50,546 nt of DNA from Parasitella parasitica NRRL 2501 (lineage: Eukaryota; Fungi; Mucoromycota). The notes under the pieces are model-generated. The model was given only the letters and a program-made list of their open reading frames with translations, was not told the DNA's origin and did no database searches. The stretch is taken from positions 4,055 to 54,600 of the forward strand of contig MU619399.1 of assembly GCA_025201805.1 (NCBI GenBank), read 5' to 3'. This document shows positions 1 through 12,533 of this stretch, one piece after another (position 1 is the first letter of the stretch; each line of letters opens with the position of its first letter). The position numbers and the translations under genes are program-made.

Positions 1-274
1 AAAAAAAAAAAAAAAAAAAAAAAAGAGATCTTTACCATCTTATCAGTTACAAAAAAAGAAGCTCATTAAATTACTAGAAAAGGAACATCTCCAAAAGCTG
101 AGAAATAAAGCTCCCTCCTTGTCCGTAATTCTTTGCATCTCTTTTCTTTAAATAATCTGAAAATCAAGATGGAACAGAAATCACATATCATCACTGAGCA
201 GGTATTCGGAAGCAGTCGAAAAATTCAGGCTTTCCACTCCAATAAGCAACCCGGAAACCACCAGGCCAACATCT

Positions 275-2332
275 ATGGATTCACTATTGAGCGCCATTGA
301 CCATCATCATCATCAACGCCAGCAGCAGCAACATCAATATAGATCTACCAATCAACATCAGCAACAACATCGCCCTGAGCCTAGCAAAGAAACCGCTGCA
401 TCCTCCTCAGCTACCGCTGCACATCAGTCCATGTCTATCGAATCTCTTTTGGATAACGGCCAATTTCAACATCATCGTCAGTCTCAATCTGCTTCTACAA
501 ACGAAGTCAGCATTGCGTCTTTATTGACATCTGACAATACCAATAACCATAAAAGACGGTGGAATCACCAGCAATCCCATTCAACAACAAAGCAACCTAC
601 CAAGAAGCCCAAAGACGATGATACCAACAAGAGACACAAGACAATCATCACCTGTCTGCATGCCTCTGTTGCGCAGAAGTCCTACGGCTCAGAGAAACGC
701 TTTTTATGTCCACCGCCCATTGTACAGATCAAATCGCCCTTGAATTCGACAATAACCAACGAGCAAAGGGCAGAAAAGATGCAGCTGTCCATGTCTGTCA
801 TATGCGAAAATGGCGATAGAATATTAGAGCAACGTTCCATGCTGGACGAAAATCAGTCAGGCAGTTTCAAGTATCTTCATGTTACTGGAACCGCCAAAGC
901 AAAACAGTTTAACCTTAAAGTCGATTTACTGCCTACTACTGCTACTACCGAAACAGCCACCGCCACCACCACTACCACCACCACCACCAGCACCACTCCT
1001 CCTCCTAACGATCCGCAGCCTTTAGCTTCGTATGTATCAAAGCCCATATCCATTATTTCAAAACCTTCCAAAAAGACAGCAAAGACTAGGAATGTATCCA
1101 CATGCATCCTAGCCGACTCGCCTGTATCTCTGTTTAACCGAATCAACTCACAGACTGTAAGGACTAAATACATGACCTCGAGCAACAACATGCTCTGTGC
1201 AAAGAATACTACCTGGTCTCCCTTTGATATCATCATTGTAAATCAACCCAAATTGCCTCAATCACACAAACTGCCTGCAAGACAGCAGATGACTACTACT
1301 GCCAGTGGCCGCTATACCTCTCGTATTCAGCTTGCTCACCCACCGCCACCACCACCACCCTCAGCAGCGCACGCTGCCCAGCAACAAAACAAAGCTCCAG
1401 TCCATGTTACCTATGGCACTGAAATCATACTCTGCGACTCTCAAACTGGTGTGAGATCGCCTTCCCTCATCATACGCAAAGTAGACAAGGGTAGGATTGC
1501 CCAGTGTGCTTACGGCCCTGTCAGTCAAATGCAAAAGATTGCTTTGCAACTAGCGTCCACTATAGATACGCAGCCTGTTTACCTTAGCGCTGCCGGCTCA
1601 ATGAACGACAACTCTGTCAACGCTGCATCTGCTAGCGAGCCTCTAAGTAACAATAATGGCAGCAATACGTGGCTCGACTACTCGCCCTCAAGACTGGTTC
1701 AACCAGAAAAGATGACCCTTGAACTTAGCTACGAAGAAGTAGATGATTATCTCTGTTGGACCATTGTTGGCATTAACAAATTTGAATACGAATACTATGA
1801 AAACGAGACTCTCCAGGGCGAGCCGCAGGATATCACTGATATTGCAGAATATAAGCCTGCCGAAGCCTCGACATCAGCAACATCAGCAACAGCTGCAGCC
1901 ACATCAACGCCTCCTCCCTCTCCACCTAGAAACATTACGCCGTTTCCGATGCTGACTACCATCGAATACCAGCATGATAATCACACTCTAGATGTCGTTG
2001 GTCAACATTTGATCCAAGCTGCTCCTGTGCCTCGTCTCCTGGATCTTTGGCTTGGAACGCATGGGCCTCTAAGTACTCGTATTTCTCAGCCCCCTCAACC
2101 TCACACACCTCATGAAACTCACTGGTCTGTAAACTTGCCTCCTACTCAAGACCTCTTGGTTGCAAATCATGATCTCTTGGTAACTCATGCTGATGGGCGT
2201 AGAAATCTTGAACTGGCTTTATTGTTGGTCCGCCAAGATGGTCTTGTTTATCATACAGGCAAGTCTCTGTCGTGCGATGTGTTTGACGATACTGGCAGAT
2301 GGAGTGTTGTACCTGCTTCTTCTTCAATATAA
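275..2332 (+). CDS. CSL (CBF1/RBP-Jk, Su(H), LAG-1) family transcription factor, fungal Cbf11/Cbf12-like; intronless
   Basis: 685-aa ORF with LAG1 DNA-binding motif CLHASVAQKSYGSEKRFLCPPP, ISIISKPSKK, beta-trefoil motifs VSLFNRINSQTVRTKYM and PVSQMQKIAL, and a low-complexity Q/H/T-rich N-terminus. Confidence 0.93.
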   Translation: MDSLLSAIDHHHHQRQQQQHQYRSTNQHQQQHRPEPSKETAASSSATAAHQSMSIESLLDNGQFQHHRQSQSASTNEVSIASLLTSDNTNNHKRRWNHQQSHSTTKQPTKKPKDDDTNKRHKTIITCLHASVAQKSYGSEKRFLCPPPIVQIKSPLNSTITNEQRAEKMQLSMSVICENGDRILEQRSMLDENQSGSFKYLHVTGTAKAKQFNLKVDLLPTTATTETATATTTTTTTTSTTPPPNDPQPLASYVSKPISIISKPSKKTAKTRNVSTCILADSPVSLFNRINSQTVRTKYMTSSNNMLCAKNTTWSPFDIIIVNQPKLPQSHKLPARQQMTTTASGRYTSRIQLAHPPPPPPPSAAHAAQQQNKAPVHVTYGTEIILCDSQTGVRSPSLIIRKVDKGRIAQCAYGPVSQMQKIALQLASTIDTQPVYLSAAGSMNDNSVNAASASEPLSNNNGSNTWLDYSPSRLVQPEKMTLELSYEEVDDYLCWTIVGINKFEYEYYENETLQGEPQDITDIAEYKPAEASTSATSATAAATSTPPPSPPRNITPFPMLTTIEYQHDNHTLDVVGQHLIQAAPVPRLLDLWLGTHGPLSTRISQPPQPHTPHETHWSVNLPPTQDLLVANHDLLVTHADGRRNLELALLLVRQDGLVYHTGKSLSCDVFDDTGRWSVVPASSSI

Positions 2333-2505
2333 AAAAAAAAAAAACTGTTATATGTTTATATGTAGATTATTACGTTATTATATGGTTTTATTCTCTTTCT
2401 ATGTTTTTTTTATGTTTTTCTTAATTATATGTATGTAAATAAATAAATTTCATGATTATCTATATCAAGTAATACCTATTTGTTTTTGCCCTGGAAACTA
2501 CTTGC

Positions 2506-2890
2506 TGTGGGAAAATTTGACAGGAGTGGCCAGTTTGCAATGAATCATTTCGTATCATGAGGTTTTGATTGGTGGACTTTGGGATTACAAACAATAGACA
2601 AGCAGGGCTTGATAACATATAACCAAGTTGAGCAAAGATCGAAAAGAAACTAGGGAATGAGGGATTTTGTAATCCTGATCTGCTACATGTACATCCCTCT
2701 TTCACCACTAAAGAGCTATAAGACAGTCGCAGCAACAACAGTAATTACCAAGCAATGCAAACTCAATTCTGTAAACCCAAATAATATGTATCTGTTATAT
2801 TATACATATCGTCTTTGTTACACATTTGAACAGTGGAGAAAACTTTGTGTATCGTGAGAAATTAAACCCAAGGATTTTTTTCGTGGGAAA
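2506..2890 (+). promoter_or_regulatory. cluster of three CSL consensus sites (YGTGRGAA)
   Basis: TGTGGGAA 2506-2513, CGTGAGAA 2853-2860, CGTGGGAA 2882-2889. Confidence 0.5.
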
Positions 2891-3397
2891 TGTTGGTATT
2901 AGAAAAAGATCGTCATTATTGATTAAATGTTGCGAATATCAAATGCTCCAATGATATGGAGGCGATTAGCAACACACAATTACATTGACCCTTTGCTTAT
3001 CAAATAATAGGCAGGTGAGTCAACCCATCAAGGCGCGCTCTTTCAGCTGCTGAACGGCATTACCTTTTACCATAAACTGATTAAACGTCGTTGACGTACC
3101 TGTCTAGCTAACCGTCGGCTCCTCGATGGAAAGATACGACTTGAATCTCTGTCCAAGATAATACTCTGTGCAGATAGGATCCATATCACAGCGACTAGTC
3201 AGCAAATGTTAATCTTTCCGTTTTTGATATTTTTTTAAAGTTTTCTATCCCACTACCTCCCACAGCTTCCCAGAACAAAAAAAAAAAAAAAGGACATTTT
3301 CATTCCAAAATGTAACCAGTACAGCTGGAAAAACCATATTATTTTATAAGTCGTTGGAATATGTATTCAAACTCTTTTGAGACACCTCACAAAACCT

Positions 3398-3426
3398 GGA
3401 ATCAGGAATCAGGAATCAGGAATCAG
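3398..3426. repeat. (GGAATCA)4 tandem repeat
   Basis: four perfect 7-mer copies read directly. Confidence 0.9.
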
Positions 3427-3446
3427 CTAAAATGGGCACAATTTGG

Positions 3447-3483
<37 letters not shown>

Positions 3484-4193
3484 CAATATCTTGAAAAAAC
3501 TTGGTCAAGTAATTAGACATTAGGCACCAAGTGATATCTTTTAAAAAGTCTTCAATGTGCATTTTATGGTATACGTTTAGATATTTTTGTCACTAGAAAT
3601 GTTTGGGAAAATGCACTTGAAAAAAAAAAGCGCGATGTTTTGGCTAACGGTTTATATTTCGCAAGATCCACCCCAAATATGGCAATTCTACAATTTTTTT
3701 AGGATAGTTTTAACTTGTTTCCGACTTGAAAATACCACAGAGGAAAAACTGCATGTTTGAGGCAAAACAACTTTATTATTGGCATTGTTTTCTCTAGAAA
3801 TGTATCAGATAGCAACCAAGAGTTCTGGGCAATAGTTTAGTTTAGTTCTGAGCTCTTGAAACTAGCAAAAAGACCTATTTTCGATCTTGAAGGAGGCTTT
3901 TTTTGCTTTTATTTTGGTAACCCAAAGCTTAAAACACAGTTTCTAGACACTTGATAAAATGTCTAGTTTGTGGCAGTACTGCGAAGCGCAATTTTCATCT
4001 AAATTCTGGTCCCACTAGCAAAGAAACCAAGCATCAAAAGTGAAGCTCCGCCAACATATACAGTTTTCTTTAGAGAACATCGAGACGACTGCGAGCATAG
4101 CTTTTTGGTGCATTGAAGATGTATATTTGAGCTATGGGCTGCTTTCCTGAAACCACATTCATTACATGTATATTTTTTTTTATTTATTTACAA

Positions 4194-6065
4194 TTATTCA
4201 TTTTCATTAACAGGGGGTCGATATACAGGCTCGAAGCGTTGATAGGGATTCGTCCATGTCAAGTCCTCCTCCTCTTTGGTATAATGTGCTTCGGGTTTAA
4301 ACAATGATCCAATGGATTCCATTGCTGCCAGAGTTTCAGTAGTGTACTCTGGTACTGTAACCCCTTCTTGCAATTCCTTTTTATAATAGCGTGAAAGGCC
4401 TATGATTCATGATTAGAAGGAACCGACCTAATATATTGCTTCTTCTGTTACCATCCACTTCCTGATGTGATTCCAGATCATCCAGTGCGTTAGCCCTTTC
4501 TTTGCCTTTCTTTGTTGACGGCTGTTCTGTTCCCAAGCGCACATTTGCTCTCAACTCTTCAAAGCTCACGCTGTGATTGTGGTGTTGCAGAATAGGAATG
4601 TACTCGACCCCACCTCTGGTATCTTTAGACTGAAAGTACAGATGGCGTCGCTGCATGAATCGAGTCTCCAAGAATTCGGGGACTTCTGCCAGCTTTGCTT
4701 GAGCTTCTCTGTCTTTTCGTCTTTTCTTTCGTTGTGTTGGATCCATGACAGGGAAACGACGCTGTTTTGCGCTTGCCGAGTCGCTGGAGATGCTCAGCAT
4801 AGAGGATGCTGAGGATGCACGCTCTAGAGTAGCAACAGGCGATGAAGGCTGCAAAGTCTCTTGTGAATCTTGGTACACTAGAAATTTCTCGACAGCAGCA
4901 GGTGGTGTTGATGCAGATGATTGGCGAATAGTAGCACCGGCAAACTTTTCTGCGGATCGTTGATTTTCTTTACGAAAAGACGACGGGACAGTGTTTGAAT
5001 GCAATGAAGCAGATGTCGGGAAAGACGATCGGGCAGGTGGTAAAACACTGCTTCTGGAAGATGGTGTCGCAGGCGTTGACTCTACAAACACGGAGAAGGA
5101 TTCTGACGGTGATGATGTTGATAGTGGTCTGGCGTCTGTATGGGGACTGGAAGGGGCTGCACTGTTGCCAAAAGATCGAGAAGATCCAAGCCCAGCGTTA
5201 CCACCAAATCTTGCCTCTAAACCTGCATGCACATTGGCAGACACTGATACTCGAGATTGACTATCAAATTTTTGGCCAAGCATGGTGCGCTGTCCTGTAG
5301 CTCGCAGCGCTTCCATCTGTCTTTTAGCTTCCATCTGTTGCTTTCTGAGTAAGCCTCGTTGTTGTCTTTCCTGCGCTCGAGCTTTGAAAGACTCGTAACT
5401 TTGCTTTAGTCTTTTCAGTGGAACAGCCTCCTTTGCTATGCCGGCTTTGAATATTTCAGTCGCTTCATCCACCCTATAATACACAGGGTTTGTATGATTA
5501 GTAGCAAAAAAAGGTGCAATACGGATCCATACTTGTTTAATCTTTCAAAGTAAGCAGCGTATTCTTCGTAAAACAAAGCTAATGACTGCCCTATGCCATG
5601 CTCCATCAAATACAGGAAAACGTTCTTTTGGTGTTCAGAGTGCTTTACATATTCCAGCCAGATCTTCAAGTATCTGGGATCTGCTTTATACCTTGCATCG
5701 CCAACAAATTGGTCTGTCGCGTCTTGCAGCAGCCAAAGCAAATCCGATCCACCTTTCGGGCCTTGAGGGTACATTTGCACGGTCCATTCAATGTAGTTGA
5801 GGTAGGTCTGCAGTGGATCATCCTGCTCGTCAATGTTTTTTATCTGCTCTTGAAACTGCTCATGTCCTGCTTGCAAGGTAGCCTCTCTATCGGTGCTGCT
5901 GACCAGGAGAGTTGACAATGCGGAAACCGAGCGACCTTTGCGGAAAGGTTGGATGTTTTCTTTGCACGAATCAATGTCGCCTACTTGGGGAATACTGTCG
6001 ATTAGTCTTTGGCGTCTTTCCTCGTCGGACAGAATGTGTGCTGTTGGCGTTGAGGTAGGTTCCAT
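4194..6065 (-). CDS. MAD3: Mad3/BubR1-type spindle checkpoint protein without kinase domain (3 exons: 6065-5533, 5473-4452, 4399-4194)
   Basis: N-terminal KEN box (SCKENIQP), TPR region (DDPL...YKADPRYLKIW...GIGQSLALFYEEYA), ABBA-KEN-ABBA (FSVFVE / RKENQ / FLVYQD), GLEBS-like SFEELRA; GT-AG introns of 59 and 52 nt restore the frame. Confidence 0.88.
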
Positions 6066-6304
6066 GCTAGTAGTATTGGAGGAAAGAAAGCATGTCTTTT
6101 TTGCAAAAAAAAAAAAAAAAAAAAATCAATTGCCACTGTCTAGTACCGTAGCAATGATTGATTTTTTCCACCCGTGACGGTACAAAATCACATCCCAGCA
6201 ACACACTGCCAGAGTAAAGTACCTTATTTTAATGCAGCACTCCTCCACCACCTTGTTTCCTTTCTCTTTTCTTTTTCCAAAATACAGCAGCAAAACATAA
6301 CATA

Positions 6305-9235
6305 ATGACAGTTCAAACAGTCAGCGAACCACAGGCCCAGTATCTGAAAGAAGCTCTCCAGGTTGTCGCTGTTCAGTCCAAGTTGATGAGGCAGTGTCTG
6401 GTAAGTCTGGCTCCTCTGATTTATCATCGTCCATCGTGTTTTTTTTTTTTAAATTTACAGCGGAAAACAGGACAAGAATCGCCTCATGGATGGGATCAAG
6501 CATTGCTCCACCATGTTGGGAGAGCTCCGTACATCAGCACTGTCGCCCAGAAGCTACTACGAATTATGTATATTGGTTTATTATTCCTGTGCTGTATCGA
6601 AACAGTTCTAATGTTATTGTAGATATATCCATTTTTGACTCAATGCGTCATTTGATCAATTATCTGTTGGAATCACATCAGGCGGAAAAGCACCATTTGG
6701 GTGATCTGTACGAGCTGGTACAGTATGCAAGCAGTATTGTGCCTCGACTGTATTTGATGTCGACAGTGGGATCCATCTATCTCAGCGTGGATGATGCGCC
6801 TCCAGCCACTGAAGTCATGAGCGATATGATGGAAATGACAAGAGGCGTGCAGGACCCTATCCGCGGGCTGTTTCTTCGACACTACCTGGGAGGCATGACT
6901 CGAGATTACTTGGCAAACAATGGCCAGCACCTGGAGTCGACAATCCACTTTATTTTGACCAATTTTGCTGAAATGAACAAACTATGGGTGAGATTACAAC
7001 ATTTAGGCCAAACACGTGACAGAGCAAAAAGAGAATCAGAAAGGAAAGAACTGGGGACGTTGGTAGGCACCAATCTGGTGAGATTGAGTCAGCTTGAAGG
7101 CGTTGACTGCAAGATATACCAAACAGTAGGTGAACCATGAGACATGCTGGTGCAAGAAAATTGACTGTTTTCGCATGTATACAAACAGGATATTTTGCCT
7201 GGCATTCTGAGCCAAGTTATCCACTGCCATGATGTAATGGCCCAGGAGTACCTGATGGAAGTCATTATTCAAGTAAATGCTGCAGTTGCATGCTATTCCC
7301 ATCCGTAATAACAACTTTGCATTAGTAGATATTTCCAGATGAATTTCATATACACACACTCAAGCCGTTCTTGGCCACTACAGCGCAACTACATCCCAAT
7401 GTCAATATCAAGACGATCATTATGGCCTTGTTAGACAGATTAGCAACGTTTGCAAAAGAAGGGCAGAGTGTGGAGGAAAAAGAGGGCGGAAATGTCTTGT
7501 TTCTCATGTTTTGGAACGAAATCATGGAGCTTGTTAAAACTCGTCGCGAATTGCCAGTGCAAGATCAAACTTCGTTATTCCTATCATTGGCCAATTTCTC
7601 AATTTCCTGCTATCCAGATCGGTTAGACTACATGGATCAAATACTCTACTTTACCAAAGAATCGATTTTCAGCCAGTATGCACCGGAGCTACATACCAAG
7701 CAATCCGAAAACAACGTGCTGCAATTGTTACTATTACCAGCTCAAACATGGGACGTGCTCATACTGATTACCACATTGAAGCATTTCCAACCATTATTAG
7801 CTATCCAGCCCTATTCCACACGTAGGACAGTTGCATTGGCTATTCTAGACAACATACTCGAAAAAAAGACTCGTATTGATCAGCCCCAACAAGTCTATCA
7901 GATTCTAGAGATTTCGCATGTCTTGGTCAAAGACAGTAAAAATACATTTGTTTCACAGCAGTTATACCAATACGATGATGAAGACGATAGAGACGAACAC
8001 GGCTGGGTGGCTAGATTGCTTCATTTATTTTACTCTGACGAGGAAGATGTTCAATTTCTGGTAAGTCGTTTTCTTGATTTGACCGCCAAAGGGGGGGGGG
8101 CTAAAACTGATCAGTGGCCTTAGCTGTTATCGGCAGCAAGACAGCAGTTGGAACATGGTGATCAAAATCGCATCAAGACCATCTTTCCATCCTTAATCAT
8201 CTGCAGTTTGAAGCTGGCGACAAGATATTCCAACAAAAATATAAAGGAGCAAGAAAAGGGCTCAATAAAAGAAGCGAATGAGGGACAAGAGAAGCAGGAG
8301 GAGAGCATTAATAGTGATGATGCCAAGAGAATAGATGAGGAGGAGCAACATCTACAGCAGCAGCAGCACAAAGAAGAGGACGACACAACTAAATCAGATG
8401 CAGACACACATGATGAATGGCCTAAAAAGATGACAACCTTGTACCATTTCATCCACCAAATCATAATGATTTATTGCCGTCAATGCGAGAATACGGAATC
8501 GCAAAGTGTGCAGTTCTTTTTAATGGCAGGGCAAAATGCTAATCAATGTGGCTTTGAAGACACTGCATTTGAACTTTATTTGGACGCATTTCGTGTCTAT
8601 GAGGATTCCGTTTCTCACTCCAGGGCGCAATTCAATGCCATTGTATATAGTATCGGCTCATTGCTAAAGACAAGGCCCCAATTCCGGCAACAATATTTCA
8701 ACACACTCAGTACCAAACTGACGCTGTATAGCACTAAACTGCTAAAGAAGCCTGACCAATCGAGAGCAGTTTATTTATCATCGCACCTCTGGGCTTTTGG
8801 GGAAACGCCATCGAGGGTGATTGAATGCTTGCAGAAATCGCTTAAAATAGCTGACAGTTGCATGGATTTAGTGACCAATGAAACACTGTTTGTGGAATTA
8901 TTGAATCAGTACATTTACTATTTTGAAAAAGAGCAGCCCTTGGTAAGCTTTGCAGCGTTTGTTTGCGCCTTGGCATATTATGTAATCATTGTTTATGTTA
9001 GGTTAATGCCGGCTATTTGAACAGTTTGATGGATTTAATTTCATCAAGATTAAGATATGTAAACCAGCCTGATCAGCACCCCTTTACATCAAACTCATCG
9101 AGTTTAATAAGCCATGACAACCTACAAGAATTTGTAGCACGGCAGTTTGATCAGACACTGCAATATTTGAGAACTTGCCGGGAAAGATCTCCAGAAAGAT
9201 GCAAAGACATTGAATTACCCATTGTCAATGAATGA
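6305..9235 (+). CDS. VPS35: retromer subunit Vps35 (multi-exon)
   Basis: spliced product contains [96 protein letters not shown]; short GT-AG introns. Confidence 0.93.
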
Positions 9236-9287
9236 ATGAATAAACACTTGTAGAGAATTATTATTAACGAGAAGCACATTTTTTTTT

Positions 9288-10147
9288 NNNNNNNNNNNNN
9301 NNNNNNNNNNNNNNNNNNNNNNNNNNNNNNNNNNNNNNNNNNNNNNNNNNNNNNNNNNNNNNNNNNNNNNNNNNNNNNNNNNNNNNNNNNNNNNNNNNNN
9401 NNNNNNNNNNNNNNNNNNNNNNNNNNNNNNNNNNNNNNNNNNNNNNNNNNNNNNNNNNNNNNNNNNNNNNNNNNNNNNNNNNNNNNNNNNNNNNNNNNNN
9501 NNNNNNNNNNNNNNNNNNNNNNNNNNNNNNNNNNNNNNNNNNNNNNNNNNNNNNNNNNNNNNNNNNNNNNNNNNNNNNNNNNNNNNNNNNNNNNNNNNNN
9601 NNNNNNNNNNNNNNNNNNNNNNNNNNNNNNNNNNNNNNNNNNNNNNNNNNNNNNNNNNNNNNNNNNNNNNNNNNNNNNNNNNNNNNNNNNNNNNNNNNNN
9701 NNNNNNNNNNNNNNNNNNNNNNNNNNNNNNNNNNNNNNNNNNNNNNNNNNNNNNNNNNNNNNNNNNNNNNNNNNNNNNNNNNNNNNNNNNNNNNNNNNNN
9801 NNNNNNNNNNNNNNNNNNNNNNNNNNNNNNNNNNNNNNNNNNNNNNNNNNNNNNNNNNNNNNNNNNNNNNNNNNNNNNNNNNNNNNNNNNNNNNNNNNNN
9901 NNNNNNNNNNNNNNNNNNNNNNNNNNNNNNNNNNNNNNNNNNNNNNNNNNNNNNNNNNNNNNNNNNNNNNNNNNNNNNNNNNNNNNNNNNNNNNNNNNNN
10001 NNNNNNNNNNNNNNNNNNNNNNNNNNNNNNNNNNNNNNNNNNNNNNNNNNNNNNNNNNNNNNNNNNNNNNNNNNNNNNNNNNNNNNNNNNNNNNNNNNNN
10101 NNNNNNNNNNNNNNNNNNNNNNNNNNNNNNNNNNNNNNNNNNNNNNN
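9288..10147. other. assembly gap (N run)
   Basis: run of N. Confidence 0.99.
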
Positions 10148-11305
10148 AAGAAAGAAAAAAAAAAAAAGAAGAAAGAAAAGTAAAGATGAAGAGAAATAAA
10201 GAAAATTTATAGGTGGTTGTACACTTGATACGTCACTTGGTATTCAATTCTGGGCATGTAACACATTTGGCAGCATTTCCTGATTCTTGTTGACAAAACA
10301 ATAAACAATAAAGCTGTGCCATCGTTCTGCCTTTCTTTTGATTACGTTATTTTTGCTTGTGCTATGGTGAAATCGGGAAAAGTTGTCAATTAGTTGGATG
10401 CATTAGGGTACCATCATCTCTGTTTTTGTCCTGTTATTTTTGGCTTGTTTTTGGCTCCTTTTCAAAAAGCTGGTATCATAAACGGAGCAATGGTATCACA
10501 TCCTCTTGCAGCAAGTGCTAAGGCTTGGCTTGTTGATCAGGTATTATCGCCATTACTGTTGTTATTATGAGTGTTTTTTTTTTTTTTTTTCAAAGCAAAG
10601 GAGGACTGTATATGTGCGTCAAAAATCAAACCAGGCACACAATATAATATAGCAAAACAATTTCAACAATCCAAGACATAAAACACGTCTACGCTCTCGT
10701 GATGTGTCTTGTTGTATGCTTGAATAATATTCAAATCACCAACGTGGATGGCCCATATCAGGAGGTCTAGAGGCTTTCATGTGCTGAGACTGACACTCTC
10801 ATCACATCGCTTCATGTAGATGCATGTTACTGAAAAAAAAAATCAATCATGAGCAGCTGTAGGCAAAAATGAGCCAACATCCTCTGATCGCCTTTTCACC
10901 TCCTTGGGATAATATGCCATGTCTATTGTGTTTACTATCTAAACTTTAGACTTTTTGCACAAATATAGCCAACTTTTGATATTCAAGCAGATCTGCCATC
11001 AAGATACTTGCATTTTTGTATTATTGAAGGGTAGATGCTAAATATGCAATATCTAAAGGTGAATATGAAAAACGAGACAACTTTGACCAATTTTGGTCAT
11101 CGTCTTTTGTCTCTAGCCTGTGCTCAAGTTGATTGTGCACATTACGGCCAAGTGTCGTTAAACTCAACATAGTTGACGTGAGGTTTATTTGACATACTGA
11201 GAGATGAACTGGCATGCTAAATTTACTTTGCGGGTTGAAACCTCTTGGATTTCCCATACACAGCGTCCTATTGACCAAGCGTGTGTGCAGACCACGTTGT
11301 AGTAG

Positions 11306-12299
11306 TTAGATTCGCTTGATTTTAACAGGTCTAGCAGGTGGCTTCCTAAGCAATCTCCAGAGCATGACAGTAGTGGCGAAAGAAAGTGAGTACCAGGTAA
11401 TCAGATAGTTTAGATGGTGGTTACGCACTTCCACAGTAGGCGACCTCCCAACTGGGATGCCTTTTTCAATCAAAGCATATTCTTTTGACGGCGATAAATC
11501 TAATTTGAACACGTAAGCAAATCGACATGTCCTAGTCTATGCCAGCCGTTACCTGATACACGCTCAACCATAATGGGTTGAGCATTGAACATTTTGGCAA
11601 TGGTATCAACATCGGCCCAGTACCACTGGTTTCGCTTAATATCGTTGTCTGGAGTAAATGAGTTTCTCTCTTCATTTACACGAATCAAGCCAACCACTTG
11701 GACTTCTCCACTCTCTAAACTCTCGGGACGAAGCTTTTGGTCTTTCTTGTCAGGAGAAATCCAGCCTCGTTTTACCAAAATCGTAGTTCCGTTGTCCCTT
11801 TCGAAGGGTGTAATCACAAAGTAACCGGCATTACCGTCGCCTCTTGTTCGAGGTCCTAGTAAAACCTCTTGGTCATGTCTATAATGGCCTTTAGCGTACA
11901 CTTTGCGGTACTCGTACTCATCTAGCACATTGGGACTATGTTTGTAGAATGTTTAGAGTGTAGCAAGAAAAAGGCAGGAGCAACATACTTGATACGCTTT
12001 GGCAAAGGTATGGGCTCTCTATGCAAGCGATCTTCCAGCGTTTGGATATAATTCACTTTCCAGCGAAGCCTTTGCACTTGCCAACAGCCCAGATAAAATG
12101 TGAAAAAGGGAATAGTGCACAGTAAGGCAGTTCCAACACCAAATTTTCGTTGCTTGGCTCTGTATGTTTCTTTGACTGCATATTCTGCGGTTTCTGGTGT
12201 TTCCGTTGCAAATAAGCGCTTGGTTGCAACTGATCTGTAGTTGCTCTGACATCTGTTTGGAAATGCAGCAATGCCCAACCGACCGATACGTTTCAACAT
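11306..12299 (-). CDS. SHY1: SURF1/Shy1 cytochrome c oxidase assembly factor (exons 12299-11989, 11935-11553, 11499-11306)
   Basis: mitochondrial presequence-like N-terminus, LGCWQVQRLRWK, GYFVITPF, ILVKRGWI, NHHLNYLITWYSLS. Confidence 0.95.
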
Positions 12300-12533
12300 G
12301 ATTAATTAGAATGATGGAACAAGGACAAGTTTTCGCCTTGTTTTTCCTAGATATTTAAGCGGGGGTGCAATTACAGTGATTACCATGGTTACCGGTATCA
12401 CTGCTTCAAAAGCTGTCAAACCATTATGGAGAGACCTTGGCGGCTTAGTGGCCGTTGCTGTTTCTGCTTTTTTCCCTCATCATTAGCAATATTTTTTTGA
12501 GGATCTTTTTTTTTTCCTATTCACATATATACA

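Noticed and set aside
2460-3200. Short minus-strand ORFs and a cag|gtacgt donor-like site
   Set aside because: No coherent spliced ORF or recognisable protein; could be non-coding RNA but not supportable
10148-11300. Possible small spliced gene or 5' region of a gene hidden in the gap
   Set aside because: All frames tried hit early stops; nothing recognisable
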